A stretch of DNA of 64,000 nucleotides from Sandaracinaceae bacterium (lineage in GTDB: Bacteria > Myxococcota_A > Polyangia > Polyangiales > Sandaracinaceae). The stretch lies in assembly GCA_044220955.1 (NCBI GenBank), contig JBGAQA010000020.1:1-64000 (forward strand). The letters run 5' to 3'. The position numbers and the translations under genes are program-made. The notes beneath the pieces were generated by a model. The model was not told the DNA's origin and did no database searches. It worked only from the letters and a program-made list of their open reading frames with translations. This document shows positions 1 through 9,132 of the stretch, one piece after another. How positions within the stretch are numbered: the stretch's first letter is position 1; every line of letters starts with the position of its first letter.

Positions 1-1155
1 TTGCACGCGTCCGTGGTGCTCGATGCGGCGGCTGCTCCGACCGCACGCGCAGGGCTCCTCGACGATGCGGCCGACGTCGCCCGGCTCGAGGCGCACGATG
101 GGCATCGCGCGGCCGTGCAGGTTCGTGACGACGACGTTGCCGAGCTCGCCCGGCGCACAAGGCGCTCCGTCCGCGCGCACCGTCTCGACGCACGCGTAGC
201 TCTCCGCCAGGTGCATGCGGTCCGGGTCGGCCGTGCACGAGGCGCCGTAGCGCGCGAACTCGCAACCCCCACAGCTCTGGGCCGTGCGCGCGCCGAACGT
301 CTCGGAGAGGTAACCGCGCATGCGCGGCGTGCACAGCCCTCCGGAGAATTCGAGGATCCCCGTGATGACGGGCGGCGCCTGGCCAGTCCGCCGCATGAAG
401 CGCGCGAGCAGCATCGCGTACAGCGAGTACACGGTGAGGACCACGGGCTCCGAGCTCCGGAGCTGCGCGAGGTAGCGTCCGTGGTCGACGGGCCCGATCG
501 GTCCTCCTCCCGGCCAGAACGGCGGGAGCATGTCGCGCCGATGGAAGACCGGGTTCAGGATCCGACGCTCGAGCAGCAGGAACGCCGCCGCGCGCCGCGT
601 CGCCGTGCTCGCGTCGGGAGAGAGAGGTACCAGAGAGGAGGTCTCGCCGCTCGGCAGGCAGGGCTGGCACTCGTTGGGGGTCAGGCGCGTCTGGCGGCTC
701 ATCGGCGGCACGTCCGCCAGACTCCTCGAGCGGAGGATCGACGCGTACTTCCAGGCGATGTCCGTGGCGTCCTGGACGAGCACGAGCGGCTTGCCCGTGG
801 TGCCCGACGTGTTCGAGAAGCGGAGCCACGCGTTGCGGTACGAGCGAGCGAGCTGCCGATCCGGGAAGCCGCTGCGCAGGTCGCTCTTGCTGGTGATGGG
901 CAGCCTCGCGAGCGCAGCCACGCTCGTCACGTCGCCAGGCGCGACCCCGGCCGCGTCGAGCAGGTCGCGATGGAGCGCCGTCTCGTCGTACGCGTGGGAC
1001 AGCAGAGCGCGCACGAGCGCGAGCTGGTCCGATCGCTGCGCCGCGAGCGGGGCTCGCTCCGCGGCACACATCTGCTCGTGGTAGGTCCAGCTCTTGAGGG
1101 GCGTGAGCGCCGCCGCCGCCGGCATCACGAGTTCGGACAGGACGCGTTCGCGCAT
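1..1155 (-). CDS. Phenylacetate-CoA ligase (PaaK/CapK)-like adenylate-forming enzyme, truncated by the window edge
   Basis: Not in the ORF track because no stop lies in the window. Manual minus-strand translation from ATG 1155 gives MRERVLSELV...LPITSKSDLR...NTSGTTGKP...GELGNVVVTNLHGRAMPIVRLEPGDVG...CACGR...GRVQ, which are PaaK-family motifs. Confidence 0.85.
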   Translation of the reverse strand, partial: MRERVLSELVMPAAAALTPLKSWTYHEQMCAAERAPLAAQRSDQLALVRALLSHAYDETALHRDLLDAAGVAPGDVTSVAALARLPITSKSDLRSGFPDRQLARSYRNAWLRFSNTSGTTGKPLVLVQDATDIAWKYASILRSRSLADVPPMSRQTRLTPNECQPCLPSGETSSLVPLSPDASTATRRAAAFLLLERRILNPVFHRRDMLPPFWPGGGPIGPVDHGRYLAQLRSSEPVVLTVYSLYAMLLARFMRRTGQAPPVITGILEFSGGLCTPRMRGYLSETFGARTAQSCGGCEFARYGASCTADPDRMHLAESYACVETVRADGAPCAPGELGNVVVTNLHGRAMPIVRLEPGDVGRIVEEPCACGRSSRRIEHHGRVQ

Positions 1156-1253
1156 GCCCGACACGTAGCATCCCGCCCTCTGTCGAGTGAACCGCCCCGT
1201 GAGCGGGGTAGCGCGACGCAAGTTGACGTTCGTCTCGGCTCGTCGATAGTAGG

Positions 1254-1925
1254 GTGGTGAGCGCAGCTCGACCGGCGCCATGGATCGACGAGCGCACGAG
1301 CCTGGTCGCCGTGACCGGCCTGGCCGTGCTCTGGGCGCTCGCCATCCTCGCGTTTCCGAGCGTCATCGAGTGGATGCGCGTCGATGCGGACCAGAAGTTG
1401 ACCTCGGAGGGTCCCTGCGAGTGGGCGGAGGACGCGCTGCTCGTGAGCTGCCTCGCCTTCTGGGCCGCCACCGGATGGTGGATGAAGCGCGATCCAGCGC
1501 GCCTGGCGGTGGCCCTGGCGATGACGCTCCAGGTCGCGATCGTCCTCGGTGAGGAGCTCGACTGGGGTCGCGAGCTGGGCCTGGCGGGCTTGGTCGGCGA
1601 GCGCAACCTCCGGCGCATCGGCTTCACCGAGCTCGGCGTCTCGGAGAGCACCTGCGCGGTCGTGCTGATGGGTGTGCTCGGGCTCTTCTTCGCGTGGCCG
1701 CTGGTGCCGGGCGCTCGTCCCGCGCGATGGCTCGAGCGAGTCGCGCCGCTGCGCGCGGCGCCCGGTGACGCGCTCGCCCTCTTCGCGCTCCCCCTCATCT
1801 GCCTCGTGATGGACCGGGTCGGCGCGCCGCCGTCCGTGGAGTTCGTGCAGATCTCGGGCTACCTCGTGCTCACGCTGGTCTCGCTCCGGATCGTGCTGGC
1901 CACCCGCCGCGCCAGCGACGGCTGA
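1254..1925 (+). CDS. Integral membrane protein with EELDWG motif (paralog of 2564-3205)
   Basis: About 6 hydrophobic segments; motifs SEGPCE, GEELDWGR and RNLR shared with the convergent paralog. Confidence 0.75.
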   Translation: MVSAARPAPWIDERTSLVAVTGLAVLWALAILAFPSVIEWMRVDADQKLTSEGPCEWAEDALLVSCLAFWAATGWWMKRDPARLAVALAMTLQVAIVLGEELDWGRELGLAGLVGERNLRRIGFTELGVSESTCAVVLMGVLGLFFAWPLVPGARPARWLERVAPLRAAPGDALALFALPLICLVMDRVGAPPSVEFVQISGYLVLTLVSLRIVLATRRASDG

Positions 1926-1989
1926 CTTTCCCGCGGCGGATGCCGTCGAGCCCGGGACAGGCTCGAGGCCCCGGCAATCGCCGGCGAGA

Positions 1990-2517
1990 TCAGGGCGTCT
2001 CGGCAGGCCCCGTCGGCTCCGCGTCCACCGCCGCCGCGAGCCGCGTCAGTGCCTGATCGAGATCGTGGCCGATGCGCCCGGCGAGGTTCATCAAGAGCCC
2101 GAGCCCGCCCTCGCCGAAGGACGAGCTCGAGTCGTACGACCACGTCACCTCCGTGCCTTCCTCGACGGGAGCGAGGACCACGGACAGCGTTGCCGTCTCG
2201 GTCGAGTGCGCCGGGAAGTCCACGCTCATGTCGACGCGTCGGTCCGGCTCCACGTCGACGATCGTGATGCGCGCGGTGGGCCCGTGGCACGACGCGCCCG
2301 GGCCGCTCGAGGGGCTCGAGCAGGTCCCGGTGAGGCCGCGCCACGGGCTCCACGCCTCCCAGCGCGCGAAGTCCGCGAGGTACGGGTAGAGGCGCTCGGG
2401 CGGCGCCGCGATGCGCGCCGAGCGCTCGACGTGCACGCGCGCCGGACGCGTCCACCACAGGAGCGCGGTGCCGCACGCCACCAGGACAAATCCCATCGCG
2501 AGGGTCGAGCGCTTCAC
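1990..2517 (-). CDS. SRPBCC (START/polyketide cyclase-like) family protein
   Basis: N-terminal TM, then VERSARIAAPPERLYPYLADFARWEAWSPW and C-terminal IGHDLDQALTRL. Confidence 0.85.
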   Translation of the reverse strand: MKRSTLAMGFVLVACGTALLWWTRPARVHVERSARIAAPPERLYPYLADFARWEAWSPWRGLTGTCSSPSSGPGASCHGPTARITIVDVEPDRRVDMSVDFPAHSTETATLSVVLAPVEEGTEVTWSYDSSSSFGEGGLGLLMNLAGRIGHDLDQALTRLAAAVDAEPTGPAETP

Positions 2518-2563
2518 GCGCGCGATGGTACGCGGTCCCCGTGACGTCGTCCGCTCGCTCGCC

Positions 2564-3205
2564 TCATGCCCGACGCGTGGCCCTCGCGATCCGCCACGTC
2601 GCCGCCGCGAGCACCAGGTACTCGCAGCTCTGGAGCAGCTCGAACGACGCGCGCTCGTGGAGCGCGAGCCGAAACCCGAGGAAGACCCCCATCGCGACGA
2701 CCGCCGCGATGGCGTCGGAGCGCTCCGCGCGCACGGGCGCAGCGCCCTCCCACCACGCGCGATAGCGCGCGCTCGGGACCAGGGGCGAGAGCATGAAGAC
2801 GACGAGGAACGCGACGAACGCGTCGGGGTCCATCCCGGGCGACAAGAGGCCCATCGAGCGCAGGGTCATCCTCAGGTTTCGCTGCGGAAGGACGGGTGGC
2901 AGACCGAACACCCGACCCCAGTCGAGCTCCTCGACCAGGATGAGCGCGAGCTGCGCGATCATCGCGCACGCGATGACGAGCGGACGGCGCCGGTCTCGCA
3001 CGCGCCGGGCGATACCGATCCAAGAGAGCGCGCACGCGAGCACGAGGAGGTTCTCGAAGATCTCGATGCGCCCCTCGTCGGAGAGCGCCGGCTGGAGGTC
3101 GAAGAGCCACGCCGACGACGCCGGAAAGACGAAGGTCGAGATCATCCAGAGGACGAGGGCGATCGCGACCGCGATCATGCTGGGGGCGCGCAGCAGCTTC
3201 GTCAT
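2564..3205 (-). CDS. Integral membrane protein with EELDWG motif (paralog of 1254-1925)
   Basis: Real coding part of shadow ORF 2564..7951. Starts MTKLLRAP at ATG 3205, overlapping the upstream stop (ATGA). Motifs DEGRIE, VEELDWGR, RNLR. Confidence 0.75.
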   Translation of the reverse strand: MTKLLRAPSMIAVAIALVLWMISTFVFPASSAWLFDLQPALSDEGRIEIFENLLVLACALSWIGIARRVRDRRRPLVIACAMIAQLALILVEELDWGRVFGLPPVLPQRNLRMTLRSMGLLSPGMDPDAFVAFLVVFMLSPLVPSARYRAWWEGAAPVRAERSDAIAAVVAMGVFLGFRLALHERASFELLQSCEYLVLAAATWRIARATRRA

Positions 3206-4500
3206 CGCGGAGCGATCAGCTCGAGGAGCGCGGCCCGCACCTCGCGATCGCACTCTCCTTGTCGGTCCGGGTACGCCGCGTCGAATCGCGCGAAGCGCCG
3301 GGCCCACCCCGGGTCCTCGTAGAACGCCGCGATCTGTCCGGGCGTCGGCCGCGGCTCCGCGCTCAGGCTCGGGAGCAGGCGCGCCGCGACGAATCCGTAG
3401 TAGTCGTCGGGCACCTCGTCGAGCGCGCCGACGTACACCGAGGGGACGCCGAGCTTGAGGGCGGTGAGGTGCGCGCTCGAGTTGCCGGCCGCCACGAGCT
3501 CGCAGCGCGCGGCGTCGTCCTCGAGCGGACGCGTCGCGTCGGAGACCTCGACGCCTCGCAGGTCGACGCCGCGATCCCAGCGTGGGTCGCGCATCTGGTG
3601 GTTCGGGTGGAGACGGAGCAGGAGCCGGCGCGGGCCGAGCGCCTCCCGCAGCTCGGTGATCGCGCGCGCGAGCTTCGCCGGGTCGACGAGGATCGACAGG
3701 AACACGCCCACCGTCCCGATCTCGCCGCGCAGGGGCGCCGTTCGCATGGGTCGGGCGCTTCCCTGCGCGCCGCGGAAGACGACGCGTCCGCGAACGGGTC
3801 CGGCGCGCGCGTACACGTCGCGTACGGCAGCCCCGTCGACGATGGCGAGGTCGAACGCGAGGGGCGGAGGATCCTCGGCCACGTGCCCGTGCGTCACGAA
3901 GCACGTGCGGCGGCCCGCGCACTCGGCGGCGTGCGTGAGCGCGACCGCGTAAGGGTTCGTGTCGCTCGAGACCCACACGGCGCGCGCGCTCGACCGCTCG
4001 AGGGCGGGCAGGAGCCGCTGGAAATACCCCACGGTGCTCGCGACGCGCGCGGCCACGAGGAAGTCGCCCCTGCCGGCGTACTCCGAGAGGATGCGCCACG
4101 CGCGACGATCGACAGGACGCGGGGCGGCTCCCAGGGCCTCGAGGACCGGCCTCGGGCCGAAACCGAACGTGACCGGCGCGAGCCGGAGCGCCGGATCGAG
4201 CCGGGCGAGCGAGGACAGCGCGCGCTCCTCGTTCTCGTACTGCCATGCCGCCCAGATCGGCGCGTCGCTCCTCGGGAGCCGGGTCTCGACGAAGCTCGCG
4301 GCGGCGTAGGCGGCGACGTATGCCGCTGCCGCGCTCGAGGTGCCGAGCACGCGCCAGGTGGCGAGTGCGGCGCGGATCGCGGGCGTGCGCTCGGCCTTGC
4401 GTCGGAACAGAGCACGGCGCAGCGGCTGCGAGTCCTTGTGGGCGACGATGGCACAGGCCCGCGCGAGGGCGTCGTCGACCCGGGAGGCCATCGCGCTCAC
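3202..4500 (-). CDS. Putative GT-B fold surface-glycan biosynthesis protein (capsule/sialyl-/Kdo-/glycerophosphotransferase-like)
   Basis: C-terminal motifs FVTHG, LLLRLHPNH and AGNSSAHLTALKLGVPSV resemble the HP and S(S/T)xxxxAxxxGxP motifs of CMP/CDP-sugar-using GT-B enzymes. Start is GTG 4500 or ATG 4491. Confidence 0.55.
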   Translation of the reverse strand: MSAMASRVDDALARACAIVAHKDSQPLRRALFRRKAERTPAIRAALATWRVLGTSSAAAAYVAAYAAASFVETRLPRSDAPIWAAWQYENEERALSSLARLDPALRLAPVTFGFGPRPVLEALGAAPRPVDRRAWRILSEYAGRGDFLVAARVASTVGYFQRLLPALERSSARAVWVSSDTNPYAVALTHAAECAGRRTCFVTHGHVAEDPPPLAFDLAIVDGAAVRDVYARAGPVRGRVVFRGAQGSARPMRTAPLRGEIGTVGVFLSILVDPAKLARAITELREALGPRRLLLRLHPNHQMRDPRWDRGVDLRGVEVSDATRPLEDDAARCELVAAGNSSAHLTALKLGVPSVYVGALDEVPDDYYGFVAARLLPSLSAEPRPTPGQIAAFYEDPGWARRFARFDAAYPDRQGECDREVRAALLELIAPR

Positions 4501-4509
4501 CGTACCAGA

Positions 4510-7500
4510 TCAGCGCGGCAGGGCGTCCTCGTGACGCGCGAGCGCAGGAGCGTCGGGCCCGTGACGTCCGCTCCGCATCCACGACACGAAGCTCGCCAGG
4601 ACCCGGGCCGCATCCCGGCTGCGCTCGCCCACGGCCTCTCCATCTTCGTGGTCGTCGAGACAGTGCCGGTCGATGTTCGTGCAGTCCTCGAGACGCGCGC
4701 GCACCCGACCCCCGGTGGCGATCGTCGCGTCCCACGTGACGCCGATCTCCCGGCGAGGATCGACGGTGCGCCCTGCCTCGAGGTTGGTCAGCTCCACGCG
4801 GGCGCCGCGTGACCACCGACGCCGCAGCTCCTCCCCGATGGTCAGCAGATCCGCGGCGAGCGCCGAGCGCGCACTCGCCGACCAGCGCTGGCTCGGCGCG
4901 AGCTCGAGGCGAATTGCCTCGTAGCCGAGCTCCACGGCGGAGAAGAGGTCGCGCGCGACCTCGGCCGCCCGACCGGGCGCGATCGCCAGCACGGCGGGGA
5001 CCGCCGGTCGTGCGGCGTGTGCGCGCACGGCGCTCACGTCCTCGAGATACACCTCGACCACCGCTCCGTGCCGTCCCAGGCGGGTCACGAGCTCCGCATC
5101 CAGCGCGGGCTCGTCGGGGCGCATCAGGACGCGGAGCCTGCGCCCCCGCTCGGCGGCGCAGCGCGCCGCGTTCTCGAGCTCGGCCGAGAGCTCCGCCCGC
5201 GGCAGGGGCGCGTCGCGCACCCGCAGCGCCAGCTCGACGCGCTCGCTCGAGAGCAGGAGCTCCGTCGCCTGCCGCAGCGTGTCCGCGGAGGCGGGCTGCT
5301 CGGCGGCTCCCGCGCCGATCACGACGCACGGAGTATGGGCGTCCAGGAACGACCGGAACGCGCGGACCCACGCAGCGGCGGGTCCGAGGATGGCCTCCGC
5401 AGACGCGAGGACCTGCTGCTCCGCGTCGCGATCGAGCGGGCCCCCCGCTGCCGTGGAGCGCGCCTCGCGCAGTGCGTCGAACGCCAGACGCCGCGGCAGG
5501 TCGTCGAGGCGCCGCAGCACGCGCGCGTCGGCGCGTCGCGCCTCGGGATCCTCGGCGCGCCCCCGGTGTGCCTGGACGACCGCCGCGATGGCCTCGAGCG
5601 AGGCCGTGTAGCGGCGCGCGTCGGTGAAGAAGCCCGCGGCGACGACCGCCTCGACGCGCGGGTCCGCCGACACGTCGTGCTCCACGAACGTGTAGTCGAT
5701 CTCCGGATGCGAAGGCACGCTCGCGTGCGCGCGGATCACCATCTTCGCCCCCTCGCCGCGCTGGATCATCCGCCGGTGGCTCGCGCTGGTCCCGTACGAG
5801 ACGAGCCGCGGGACGATCGGGAAGCGGACGTGGAAGTGCTCGGGGTGTCGGATCTTGAGGCGGCAGACCTCCTCGACCGACGCGATCAGGTCGTCGACGT
5901 CGGTCTCGGCGTTGGAGGCGATGAAGTACGCGTCGAGGTGGATGCGCTTCCGGGCGAGCACGCGCACGACCTCGCGAACGTGCTCGAGCCGGTAGCCCTT
6001 GCCGAGGCGCCGGAGCTCGGCCTCCGCGAACGTCTCGACGCCGATCGCGAGGTAGGCGCTCCAGCGGCGCGAGCGGTGGTCCGACACGTAGTCGCGCGAG
6101 GGGATCGGCGCGCGCGCGTCCGCGAAGCACTCGGGGACGATGGCGTCGACGATCGCCGGGTCGGGCTCCGGCAGCAGCACTCCGTCCACGCGCCGGCACA
6201 GGTCCGCGACCGACACCTGGAACGACGAGAGGCGAAACTTCGTCCCAGGCAGCGCGCGCAGGAAGCTCGACGCGCGCTCCTTGTCGCACGCGAAGTCGTC
6301 GTCCGAGATGTGGAGGCGGTGAGCGCTCGTGGGCACGTCGTCGCCGAAGAGCGCGCGGAACCGGCCTTCGTAGCGCTCGAGGAGCGCGAGCACGCCCGCC
6401 GCGCTGCGGGCCTGGTAGCTCTGTCGCCCGAGGATCGAGCAGAACGTGCACTTGTGGATGCAGCCGCGCGCGGTCGAGATCTCGACGCCGTGCACCAGGT
6501 GGCGCGGCTCCAGAAGGTCGAGATCGAGGTCCACGGCGTCGAGATCCTCGACGCTGACGGTCTCGCTCGAGCACGCCGACACGAGCGTGCGCGCGGCGCG
6601 ATCGATGGCGACGAGGCCTCGCATGGACAACAGGGCCTCGAGCTGTGCCTCGTCGAGCGCGCGGTCGATCGACGCGCCGGCCCCGAGGATCTGCGCCAGG
6701 CGCGGCACGAAGTACTCGCCGGCTCCCCTGCAGACGAACGAGACGTCCGGCAGGTGCGCGGCCGAGGCCTCCGGCGCGAGCGAGGCCATCACGCCGCCGA
6801 CGGCGACGTGCGCGCGGCACCCGAGGCGGCGAAGCGTCGCGATCAGCTCGACCACGCCCTCCCAGTAGCCCTCGAGGAGCGTGATGCAGACGAGCTCGAT
6901 CGGACCACGCTCGAGCGCGCGGTCGAGCGAGTCGAGCCCGACGTGACGGCGGGTGCGATCCGTGATGGACATCTTCACGTTCGCCAGCACGACCTCCGTG
7001 CCCGTGCCCGTCAGGGTGCTCGCCATGTGGAGCACCCCCTGCGAGAGCTCGCCGTCGTTGTGCGGCATGTCCGTGTTCATGAGCGACTCGAAGAACAGGA
7101 CACGCCGCGCGGGTGGCCCCGCCGCGCGCAGCGCCTCGAGCGTGGGCTCCGCGCGCGGGGTCGGGCCGAGCACGCGGAGCGAGCGCCCCGCGTCGGCCAG
7201 CGCGCCGAGCGCGGCGTTCACCGGATGGCGGGTGGGCTGCGCCGCGATCCACGGACCGTCGAGCGTCAGCCGCCGACCCTCGCGGACGTGCTCGGTGCCC
7301 GCGGGGCCGAGGTGCACGTCCCAGGGCACGGGGCTCTCGGGCAGCGCGGCCGCGGTCCTGAGCAGCGTGGCGACCGGAAGCGCCGCGCCGCTCCGGTCGC
7401 GAACGATCGCGCGCGTCGGCGTGCCGTGCCCCCGCCGGGTGAGGAATCGGCCGTCGGGCGTGCGGATGGAGCCGGGCGCGGAGCCGTCTGGCTCCACGAC

Positions 7501-7530
7501 CCAGAACCAGCTTCCGTCCGGCCGTCCCAT
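4510..7530 (-). CDS. B12-binding radical SAM protein with N-terminal extension and C-terminal degenerate radical-SAM-like domain
   Basis: Cobalamin-binding-like region (ELVCITLL...VAVGGVMAS...VCRGAGE), STARGCIHKCTFC (CxxxCxxC), SDDDF and IGVET...LGKG. Confidence 0.85.
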   Translation of the reverse strand: MGRPDGSWFWVVEPDGSAPGSIRTPDGRFLTRRGHGTPTRAIVRDRSGAALPVATLLRTAAALPESPVPWDVHLGPAGTEHVREGRRLTLDGPWIAAQPTRHPVNAALGALADAGRSLRVLGPTPRAEPTLEALRAAGPPARRVLFFESLMNTDMPHNDGELSQGVLHMASTLTGTGTEVVLANVKMSITDRTRRHVGLDSLDRALERGPIELVCITLLEGYWEGVVELIATLRRLGCRAHVAVGGVMASLAPEASAAHLPDVSFVCRGAGEYFVPRLAQILGAGASIDRALDEAQLEALLSMRGLVAIDRAARTLVSACSSETVSVEDLDAVDLDLDLLEPRHLVHGVEISTARGCIHKCTFCSILGRQSYQARSAAGVLALLERYEGRFRALFGDDVPTSAHRLHISDDDFACDKERASSFLRALPGTKFRLSSFQVSVADLCRRVDGVLLPEPDPAIVDAIVPECFADARAPIPSRDYVSDHRSRRWSAYLAIGVETFAEAELRRLGKGYRLEHVREVVRVLARKRIHLDAYFIASNAETDVDDLIASVEEVCRLKIRHPEHFHVRFPIVPRLVSYGTSASHRRMIQRGEGAKMVIRAHASVPSHPEIDYTFVEHDVSADPRVEAVVAAGFFTDARRYTASLEAIAAVVQAHRGRAEDPEARRADARVLRRLDDLPRRLAFDALREARSTAAGGPLDRDAEQQVLASAEAILGPAAAWVRAFRSFLDAHTPCVVIGAGAAEQPASADTLRQATELLLSSERVELALRVRDAPLPRAELSAELENAARCAAERGRRLRVLMRPDEPALDAELVTRLGRHGAVVEVYLEDVSAVRAHAARPAVPAVLAIAPGRAAEVARDLFSAVELGYEAIRLELAPSQRWSASARSALAADLLTIGEELRRRWSRGARVELTNLEAGRTVDPRREIGVTWDATIATGGRVRARLEDCTNIDRHCLDDHEDGEAVGERSRDAARVLASFVSWMRSGRHGPDAPALARHEDALPR

Positions 7531-7568
7531 CTCCGTCGAATCCTACGCCATGGCCGCGCGCCGAGCGC

Positions 7569-9047
7569 TCATCGGTGATCTTCGTCGGGAAGGACGTGGA
7601 GCCGGGTCCGCGCGTCGGGCGGCGCCGCGCGCGCCTCGGCGCGTCCCGCCGCATCGAAACCGTCGAGCGGAGCGAGCCACTCGTCCTCCGACGGCGCACG
7701 TTGCCTCGCGGCGTCCGGCAGGACGGAATACGGAGCCAGCCCCCGCGCGCCGAAGCGCTCCACGTACTCGCGCCGCAGGCCGACGCAGTGCCCGCGCGCG
7801 GCGCACGTCTTGCAGCCCTCCGGCTCGTGGCTCCGGCCCGACGCGTGCGCTGCGTCGCGCGCCTCGTTGGGGCGCCAGGCCACGACGTGCGGCACCTCGG
7901 TGACGACGCACGACGGGAACCCGCACGTGCCGGTGATCTCGAGCTGCACACCCGCGTCGTGGAGCAGGCGAGCGGCCGCCGTGAGGTGCGGGCGCGCCTC
8001 GTCGAGCGGCACCATGCGCTCGAGGAAGGCCGTGGCGTCGTAGTAGCGACCGGGCTGGCTGTAGTTCACCACCCGCACGGGGTTGCGCGGATGGCGCGTG
8101 ACGAAGTGATCGCGGACGAAGCGCGCGTGCTGCTCGAGGCTCAGGACGTTGGCCCGCTCGACGACGCAGTTCAGCGCCACGACGAGGCCCTCCGAGAGCG
8201 CCGTGTGGATGCCCTCGACCGTTCGGCTCCACGTCCCGCGCGCGCGCGTCATCCGGTCGGAGACGTCCGCGTCGGCGGAGTGAAACGACACGAGCACGGT
8301 CGCGAGGCCGCTCTCGCGCAGCGCGCGGGCGAACGTGGGGTCGCGCAGACGGATCGCGTTCGTGTCGAGGTGCACGCGCATCCCGTGCGTGAGCGTGGCG
8401 CGCGCGACGAGCTCGGGGAGGCGGCGGAAGAGCGTCGGCTCCCCGCCGCAGATCGTGAGCCTCCGGGCTCCGGTCCGTGCGAGCTCGTCGAGCCAGGTGA
8501 ACACCAGCTCGTCGGGCGGATCGGGCCAGTCGCGCCCCTCCCAGCAGAAGTGGCAGTCCTGGTTGCACCGGAACGAAGGGCGCAGGAACGCGCTGAGGCC
8601 GCTCGTCGAGTGCTCGAAGTGCCGGTAGTCCCGATCGTCGATCGCGCTGAGCGTCGCCCAGCGGTGGTGCACCGCGGCCAGCGCCGCGCCTCGCTCGACG
8701 CGCTCGGCCGCGCTCGCGCTCTCGAACCAGTCCGCGAGCCGCGCGAGCCAGCGCCGGCTGAGGGCGTGATGCGCAGGCGTCCGGCCCTCGACGTCGGGCT
8801 CGACGGTGAACGCGAGCGGGCCGGCCTGCCAGCGCGCGCCTGTCTCGACGCGCACCACGAGGCCCAGCACCGCGCCGGCCTCGCGCACGCGCAGGTGCGT
8901 GGGTCCAGGGGTCGCGATCGACACACGACGCTCGGGCTGGACCGCGGCGCCAGGAGCGTCGAGCCAGGCGCGGATAGCGTCGGCGAGCGCGGCGGCGGCC
9001 TCGTGGCGCAGCGGGCCGACGAACCCGGAGAGCTCGGTGGTCGCCAT
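7569..9047 (-). CDS. Radical SAM protein with C-terminal Cys-rich (SPASM/twitch, HxsC-like) domain
   Basis: CNQDCHFC, ICGGEP, DTNA and VSFHS; C-terminal CGFPSC and CKTCAARGHCVGLRREYVERFG. Start set at ATG 9047. Confidence 0.88.
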   Translation of the reverse strand: MATTELSGFVGPLRHEAAAALADAIRAWLDAPGAAVQPERRVSIATPGPTHLRVREAGAVLGLVVRVETGARWQAGPLAFTVEPDVEGRTPAHHALSRRWLARLADWFESASAAERVERGAALAAVHHRWATLSAIDDRDYRHFEHSTSGLSAFLRPSFRCNQDCHFCWEGRDWPDPPDELVFTWLDELARTGARRLTICGGEPTLFRRLPELVARATLTHGMRVHLDTNAIRLRDPTFARALRESGLATVLVSFHSADADVSDRMTRARGTWSRTVEGIHTALSEGLVVALNCVVERANVLSLEQHARFVRDHFVTRHPRNPVRVVNYSQPGRYYDATAFLERMVPLDEARPHLTAAARLLHDAGVQLEITGTCGFPSCVVTEVPHVVAWRPNEARDAAHASGRSHEPEGCKTCAARGHCVGLRREYVERFGARGLAPYSVLPDAARQRAPSEDEWLAPLDGFDAAGRAEARAAPPDARTRLHVLPDEDHR

Positions 9048-9132
9048 GCTCGACGATACCACGCAGGCGCCGGCAGCCCGCGCGGCGCGGGGGGACGGGA
9101 CACCCTGCCGGAGAGTGGAGTAAGAGGCTCGC

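Noticed and set aside
1..1260. 419-aa plus-strand ORF
   Set aside because: Antisense shadow of the PaaK-like gene; Arg/Ala-rich with no motifs.
2564..7951. 1795-aa minus-strand ORF as one giant protein
   Set aside because: Only the last 213 aa (from ATG 3205) look like protein; the rest is an off-frame overlap of the rSAM and GT genes.
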